A program made the position numbers and the translations under genes. A DNA stretch of 64,000 bases. Source: a virus. How positions within the stretch are numbered: position 1 is the first letter of the stretch; every line of letters starts with the position of its first letter. Shown here in pieces: positions 58,178-64,000 of the stretch. The notes beneath the pieces are model-generated. The model did no database searches. It was not told where the DNA came from and worked only from the letters and a program-made list of their open reading frames with translations. The stretch lies in IMG/VR virus record IMGVR_UViG_3300045988_079613; one strand, written 5' to 3'.

Positions 58178-59191
58178 TTAAATATTAGATTGTTCAGTTA
58201 GTTGTTCTTTATATTTCCAGATATACTTAGCGTTATTCCACGCTCTTTTGTTATTGGGGTCTATAGGATTTTGTAATTGCCTTTGAATTCCTCTTCTATC
58301 ACAGTTGGATATTCTACTAGCTTCAGAGATAGAAACATACTCCGTTATCAAATTATTATTTTTATCATATTGACAAATAGATTTAGCTACCTTTAACCCA
58401 TTTTCTATAGCAATTTGTCTTTGCTTTTCTGTAACTTTTCTATTTTTTCTTGATTCTAAGTCTGCTTTTCTACAAACTTCAGAGATAGTTGGTTTCCAAT
58501 TAGGATCTTTAGCAAATAAACTAGAAGGGACAGTAGTTGGTACGTCAGGATAATTCTCTTTATACACCCATATATATGGGTTTACTTTAGATTCTGTAAT
58601 ATTCTTTCGCTTCAATGCATTCGACAAAGTAGTAGTATGTATTCCTGTTAGTCTAGAAGCCTCGTTTACTCCTGAAAATTCTTGAATAAAATTACCTTCT
58701 TTAGTATATTGTAATACTGCTTTTTTTCTAGTACTACCAATCTGGCCGGATTCCCAATAAGCTTTTCTTGCATCAGTTACTACTTTACCAGCTTCTGACA
58801 GCTTTAACCTAGTAGTTTCTGTTATTTCTCTTCCTAAAGCTTTCTGACGAATTTTATCTTTAGTTTCTTCAGTATGTTGTCTACCGAAAGTTCCATCACC
58901 CCCTTCAGTCATATTATAACCAAATTCGTCTTGTATAGAATTATATTTAGAAATATAATATTGTTCTTTTTCTGTGAGTTCTTCCCAATTGTTGCAGAAA
59001 TCCACGAGTTCTATTGAAAAGCTCTCTTTACCGTACTTTCGTATAGCGTTGTGTAATTTAAAAGGACAGCCGTGCTCGGCATTGTAGAGGTGTTCTTTCC
59101 ACCGAGCACTTACTCCTTTACTTGTAATTCCTATATATACTTTATTATTAATCTTGTTAGTTATTTTATAAACATCGTAAGAATGCATCAT
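58178..59191 (-). CDS. GIY-YIG homing endonuclease (I-TevI-like, free-standing), TAG-free
   Basis: YKITNKINNKVYIGITSKGVSARWKEH GIY-YIG motif, plus two NUMOD1/IENR-like repeats (NEASRLTGIHTTTLSNAL and SEASRISNCDRRGIQRQL). 337 aa. Lies immediately downstream of the capsid gene. Confidence 0.8.
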   Translation of the reverse strand: MMHSYDVYKITNKINNKVYIGITSKGVSARWKEHLYNAEHGCPFKLHNAIRKYGKESFSIELVDFCNNWEELTEKEQYYISKYNSIQDEFGYNMTEGGDGTFGRQHTEETKDKIRQKALGREITETTRLKLSEAGKVVTDARKAYWESGQIGSTRKKAVLQYTKEGNFIQEFSGVNEASRLTGIHTTTLSNALKRKNITESKVNPYIWVYKENYPDVPTTVPSSLFAKDPNWKPTISEVCRKADLESRKNRKVTEKQRQIAIENGLKVAKSICQYDKNNNLITEYVSISEASRISNCDRRGIQRQLQNPIDPNNKRAWNNAKYIWKYKEQLTEQSNI

Positions 59192-59272
59192 AATATATAA
59201 TTTTTAGTTATACATTATATAACGCAGAACTTGCCGCAAGGTTCCTAATAATTGTATAATAAAGTTAGTTTA

Positions 59273-60742
59273 TCACTCAGCTTCCATGATCAGTTCCCCA
59301 CACGCACGTGGATCCCTTAACATTATTCCCATTTCTCCAAGGAAGAATACAGTATAACCATCCTTACCATTAGATCTCAGAGTATTCTTAGAGTTTGCAT
59401 AACCAGACGGAGCAACTGCACCACCAGTATACCAAGTAACAAACTCGCGATCTTTACGAACTACTTTTACGATGTTAGCTTCACCATCACGTCTACCAAG
59501 ATCTAAGAATGTCATACGATATGACTCTAGAGGTTTCAACGTAACAGGATGTAATTGACGATTATAAGTAACATCATCATACAACGGGAAGTACTTCAGA
59601 GTCAATTCAATACCATTAGTCATTTTGTAAGTCTTAAACTGACCACCAAAAGTAAGATTATCACCAGAACCTGTAACAAATACTGTGTCAATAAGATTCA
59701 TATTGACCATCTTTTCTTTCAAGATTCTATCAAATTCTCTCATACCCATCTCACCGGTCAATGCAACAAACTTACGTTCATTAGTACCAAGTACATTATA
59801 TGACAGATCAAATAAGAAGTCTTCTAATAAGGCTGCAGTAAGTCTAGTATAGTAACGTTTGTTAGACGGAGCAATCTGTTCCAACAAACCAGCACCCATA
59901 AATACAGGACGCCCGTTAGTACCTTTCAGATTACAAGTACCATCTTTGTTTACATTGTTCTTCATGTAAACCAACATTCTTTCACATCTCTTATACCACT
60001 CTCTCATGGCAACCCATTCTTGGTAGTCTGCCCACAGATAAGATTTCTTACCTGTCTTAGGATCCTGCAATGCAATAGCCATTACTGTAGAATAAGCTGA
60101 ACCAGTAATATCATAATTGATACGAATTGTAGTCAAATAATTACGCATCTTAAATGCAGTATTATAGTTCAGGATATCACCTTCTTCACTATATTCTTCT
60201 ACAGCAGAAGCTAGACGTGACACTTGGCAACCAGGTTTCAGGTATTCAGCAGGAATATAAGAAGTAGGTTGGCCGTCTGCAATATAACAGGTATAAACCC
60301 ATAGATTGCCATCTTGGTAAGGAGCACCTGCAACACGTACTTGGAAGTCTTTGTTATCAAATTCCAATACAGCAGTAGGTCCAAACCAATTATCTTCCAG
60401 CCACAACATGATTGGAGTATTACCCAAACCAGCTGTAGTCGTATCTGTGATGGCTGCGCCATTCCATTTAGCATCTCTAATTGTTACTGCTCTGTCAGCG
60501 TCAATCATTACATTCCACTCCCAACTAGGCTGATCAATGGTCATCACATTACCAAGACCACCAGTGAGCATATCCAAAGAAGTGTTGTAACCATTATCTT
60601 TAGTACCAAATACATAAGACAATACGGTAGCAACCTGATACGGATTCTATTGTGAAGCTGCTGAAATTTTAGCAGTATCAATCAGATCACTGAACCACTT
60701 GCCTTTGTACAAAACCAAATTGTTTAATATATTGTTATCCAT
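59273..60742 (-). CDS. Major capsid protein candidate (crAss-like, HK97-fold class), 489 aa
   Basis: Track ORF 59273..60622 extended through a single TAG (60647-49) to ATG 60740-60742. The call rests on size, position after the scaffold-like gene, very low TAG density and my recollection of crAss-like MCPs. Confidence 0.6.
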
Positions 60743-60747
60743 ATATT

Positions 60748-61323
60748 TTAGTTATTATTTTTAAATTTCCAAATAAAATTTTTTACTGTTTTATATCGTC
60801 CACTACATGCTCTAAGAATGTCTCTAGCATAAAACTATTTTAATCCTAAAGAGTATGCCGCTTCAGTAGCACTATCGTGTTCTCTTATGAATACTCCGTC
60901 AAGTGTAAATTGTAATACTGGAATACGTCTACTTAAAGTTTTCCTATATTTTCCAGTGCCATAATTAACATTATACTTAGCATCACACCATTCTAGATTA
61001 TCTACACAGTTATTTAATTTGTCTTCATCTTTATGATTAACCTAATCATAATTATTTGGATTATTTAAAAACATCTATGCAACCAATCTGTGTATTCTAT
61101 AACTTCTTTTTACTTTATCTTTATATAAGACTACAAAGTAATAACCTCCTCCTTCTATAGCTGGAACTAAAATTTTTTCTTTATACGTTACCTACCTACC
61201 ATTTGGAAATCTTCTAGAAGGTGAATGAAACACAGTATGCTATAGAGACTTTACTCTACCAAGACTACTAATCTAGTAATCAGGATATCCTGGAATATCT
61301 TTCCAGACTTCTTTCTCTTTCAT
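60748..61323 (-). CDS. HNH homing endonuclease (NUMOD4 + HNH_3 type), 191 aa
   Basis: Absent from the track because of 6 TAG. WKDIPGYPDY[TAG]ISSLGRVKS (NUMOD4) and HRLVA..FL.NP....VNHKDEDKLNNCVDNLEW (HNH). Its TAA is 5 nt before the capsid ATG. Confidence 0.7.
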
Positions 61324-61345
61324 GAACTAATTTAATTAGTTATTA

Positions 61346-62524
61346 TTAATCTACACGTAATTGTCGTGCAAAGGAACTCCATAAAGTAGTATCTTCATTA
61401 GAGATTTCCTGTTTTTTAGTCTTCCTACTTACTCCTGTTTTACTTAAACTGTTTTTGAATTTACTAATAGCATTATTAGAACCTTCACTTTTAGCAGCTT
61501 TTAACAATGTGTCTCCCTTCATAGTAAAGTAAGCAGACTCAAGTAAGTTCTTTACGCTCTTAGACCAATCTTTTTGAAATCTGGTCATACCGTCAGCGTC
61601 AGGTTTAAATATATACTCTAGTAATACCTTTTTATCTTTTTCAGGTATCTTAATACCGCGTATATTATCCATGCCTTTTATTTCGTTGACAACGTTCTAA
61701 AAGTATTCCTGTTGACGCTTCTGAGCTGCCTTAGCTTGGTTTTCTTGATCTTTCAATAGCTGTTGTTTCTTTTGTTCTCTTATCTCTTTCAAGGCTTCCA
61801 AGGCATCCTCAGCTTCATCCTCAAGTAAACCTGCATCCTCGTACTTAGTCAACTTTTTCTCTATTTGTTTGCTATTAAAACCTTTTTCCTTCAAGAATTC
61901 TTTCAATACAAGTTTTTGATTTGTTTCGTCTTCTTCAATACTAATTTCTTCAAGATCAAGTTCGCCATCAATTTCGAAATAGTCTCTAAGATTACCACCG
62001 TTCTTAACAAAATTATCCAGTGCCTCTACCTCTTCACTAGCGTATTGAGGTACTGAATTCTCTTCAATTACTGATTGAAAATAGTCAACAAGCTCCTCAG
62101 GGGTAGAAGGGATTTCCTCTTCTTCATCAAGATCCCAGCCCATTTTTTCTGCCATTACTCCAAAGAATGCACTTACTGCATTAGTGTCATCATCAGTTTC
62201 TTCAGTCTTTGTACTTCTTTCGTCTTCTCTAGTTGAATCATCATCTTCTTCAACTTCTTTATCCTTTCCGGTTTTCTTTTTAACAGGCGTGTCCTGCTCT
62301 TCATCCTCTTTAGCCGAATTATCATCTTTCTTATCCTTTTTAGGATTACGTAATCCTTCCAGTTCTTCGTCAGTTAACTCTTCTGTTACAGCATCTTCAT
62401 CTACCTTAGTATCATCTACCTCAGTATCTTCGCCAGGTTGCTTGATTTCTGTCTTAGTAAATACATTAGCTCCTGGCATGAAATCTTCAAATATTTCAAA
62501 ACCGTTTAATGTTTCTTTTTCCAT
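61346..62524 (-). CDS. Scaffolding-like acidic protein, 392 aa
   Basis: Track ORFs 61697..62524 and 61346..61672 are co-framed and joined by a TAG at 61697. Strongly acidic, helical, low-complexity N-terminal half. Lies upstream of the capsid gene. Confidence 0.55.
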
Positions 62525-62542
62525 AATTATATATAATTAGAT

Positions 62543-62776
62543 TTATTTTCTCTTTCTTCCTTTGTGTTTCCATTTCTTAGCGTTCTAAGCAAAGATAGCT
62601 CTCTTCCTAGTTAGTGGGTTCTTACTGTGAGTAAGTTCTTCCGTACTTTTACCAGTACGTTTCTTTAAAGCATTAAACTTGCCTCTATTCTTCTTTTTGA
62701 TATGTATCCCACCATCTTTATAATTAGGTATCGGATACTGTGGCATTATCCCTACCATATCTCTTATATCATTCAT
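62543..62776 (-). CDS. Small highly basic protein, 77 aa
   Basis: Track ORF 62585..62776 extended through a TAG at 62585 to TAA 62543-62545. The extension is NAKKWKHKGRKRK. Confidence 0.45.
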
Positions 62777-63869
62777 TCTACTCAGTTCCTTTATATACTG
62801 CAGCAGTACCTAAACCTAATAATGGTATAGAGTTAAACCACTTAGTATACTTATTAATATTCTTAAACTATTTACTAGCTCTCACTGCTGATCCATAAGT
62901 ATCAGTATCCTTTAAAGTATCTAAAGTCTATTGAAGCAATTTAGCATCAACCTTATCGCCTCTTCTGTTAATTTTGCCACTGTTAAATAGATATTCTCTA
63001 ATTTGATTCATATAAGCCTTCTATTCAGTTGGTCTCATATAATATTCAAAATGTTTATCTATCTTATTGTTACTGATATCCTCACTCATCTTATAGAATA
63101 AATTACTATTTCCAGATGCTCCTGGAGTTTTATTTGTAAGATAATCTACTAAATGATTCCATTCATGTTCTGTTACATTGCCTGATAAATCTGTTTTAGT
63201 CGGATCTATTCTATAATTGAATTCCTCCATTCTAGGGAATTCTCCTCCAGCCATATGTCTATTTGCAGCACTGGTAGTAGCACCCATCTAAGCTCTAGCA
63301 TTAGGAAGATTATTAGTAAGTTCTACCTGAGGTAATTTACTAGGATTAGTATTATATGTAGATATTAAATCTGCATAAGTCCGCATATAGTTATCACCGA
63401 ATTGTTTACGAACCTACATAGCTCTATTGAAATAATCTGGATCATCTTGCAACCTTTCGACTACTTTATATCCTTCGTTTCTGGCTTTAGGTTTAAGATA
63501 CTACTCTCTACGAGCAGCTTCTATTATTCTATCTTTTTCTAACTGTTCTGCCGCTCTGTTTACTTTAGGAATAGGTCTCTTTACCTTAGGAGTTATACCT
63601 TTGTATGAACTTCTAAATTGTTTAACAGTCATTGGCATAAAAGGAATTAGACCCATTGCTGCCAAACCTGCACCAGACCAGTCTTTATTTCTTAAAGCTT
63701 CATAAGTATCATATATAGATATGGCATCGCCAACAGGAGTTACATTTGCAGCATCTTCAAGATCTACTATTGGTCTCAAACCTCTGATGAATGGTTTACC
63801 GGTAAATCTATCAATCTCATCACTACTATTATCATAATAATCAGCCTTCAGCGTACTTCTTAAAGTCAA
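62769..63869 (-). CDS. Protein with an HExxH zinc-metallopeptidase motif, about 366 aa, start uncertain
   Basis: Track ORFs 63501..63869 and 63021..63287 are co-framed. About 7 TAG. HEWNH at 63153-63167, TGA at 62769-62771. No ATG near the 5' end; only TTG at 63867-69 is available. Confidence 0.5.
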
Positions 63870-63945
63870 GGTAAGTCTTACCGGGATTCTACTCCCGGTA
63901 CTACTTCAACTATTGCATTCTATTTCTAAATGCTTCTCTATCCAT
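63841..63945 (-). CDS. 34-codon ORF, possibly the true N-terminus of 62769..63869 in another frame
   Basis: ATG at 63943-45, 3 in-frame TAG, TGA at 63841-43. Encodes MDREAFRNRMQQLKQYREQNPGKTYLDFKKYAEG and contains the hairpin TACCGGGA-6 nt-TCCCGGTA (63890-63911). Confidence 0.3.
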
Positions 63946-64000
63946 AACCTTATTTCTTTACAGGTTTCTTTCCGCCTTTCTTGCATCCCATAATTAATCC

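Noticed and set aside
59192-59272. Terminator after the capsid gene
   Set aside because: Only an imperfect palindrome (GAACCTTGCGGCAAGTTC) with a minimal loop and no U-run is present. This is not convincing enough to report as a feature.
60238-60474. 78-aa minus ORF, and the plus ORFs 60314..60655 and 60351..60533, inside the capsid gene
   Set aside because: These are alternative-frame or antisense readings within the capsid-candidate gene.
58178-61323. Homing endonuclease genes as parts of group I introns or inteins interrupting the capsid gene
   Set aside because: The capsid, scaffold-like and downstream ORFs are each intact and contiguous, and the endonuclease genes lie between genes. 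I could not identify intron-like structured flanks by eye.
63950-63991. 13-codon ORF MGCKKGGKKPVKK at the window edge
   Set aside because: It is too short and the context is truncated by the window end, so a gene call cannot be supported.
1-64000. CRISPR arrays, rRNA genes, integrase/att sites or transposon ends
   Set aside because: I saw no regularly spaced direct repeats, no rRNA-like conserved blocks, and no integrase or transposase-like ORFs in any frame.

Overview
AT-rich phage DNA, most consistent with a crAss-like (Crassvirales-type) podophage. A short plus-strand module (1-3818) encodes a DUF1064-like nuclease, an AAA+ ATPase, a metallophosphatase and a PD-(D/E)XK nuclease. It converges at a bidirectional terminator (3824-3853) on about 60 kb of minus-strand virion, tail-fibre and lysis genes. 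The standard-code ORF track is misleading here. TAG is used as a sense codon, with roughly 280 in-frame TAG by my manual triplet scan. TAA and TGA remain genuine stops. Reading through TAG fuses the fragments into very large genes: 4501 aa (RNAP-like DFDID motif plus an HExxH motif), 1787 aa, 1473 aa, 1390 aa and 1132 aa. Conserved-motif positions indicate TAG = Gln (table-15-like). Stop-codon recoding in crAss-like phages is already known, so the recoding itself is not new. The more interesting points are local. First, there is a complete diversity-generating retroelement (RT 36564..37571, TR 37701..37796, VR 37845..37940, target 37828..39069). Its RT contains 7 in-frame TAG, including the diagnostic Gln of the DGR RT motif, while its target gene has none. 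Second, TAG density is strongly bimodal, with TAG-free, visibly GC-richer islands inside the recoded late region. Third, the holin needs TAG read-through. Fourth, three homing endonuclease genes lie in the capsid and tail block. I found no tRNA (so no suppressor tRNA in this window), no rRNA and no CRISPR array. All coordinates and counts come from manual reading and need computational confirmation.
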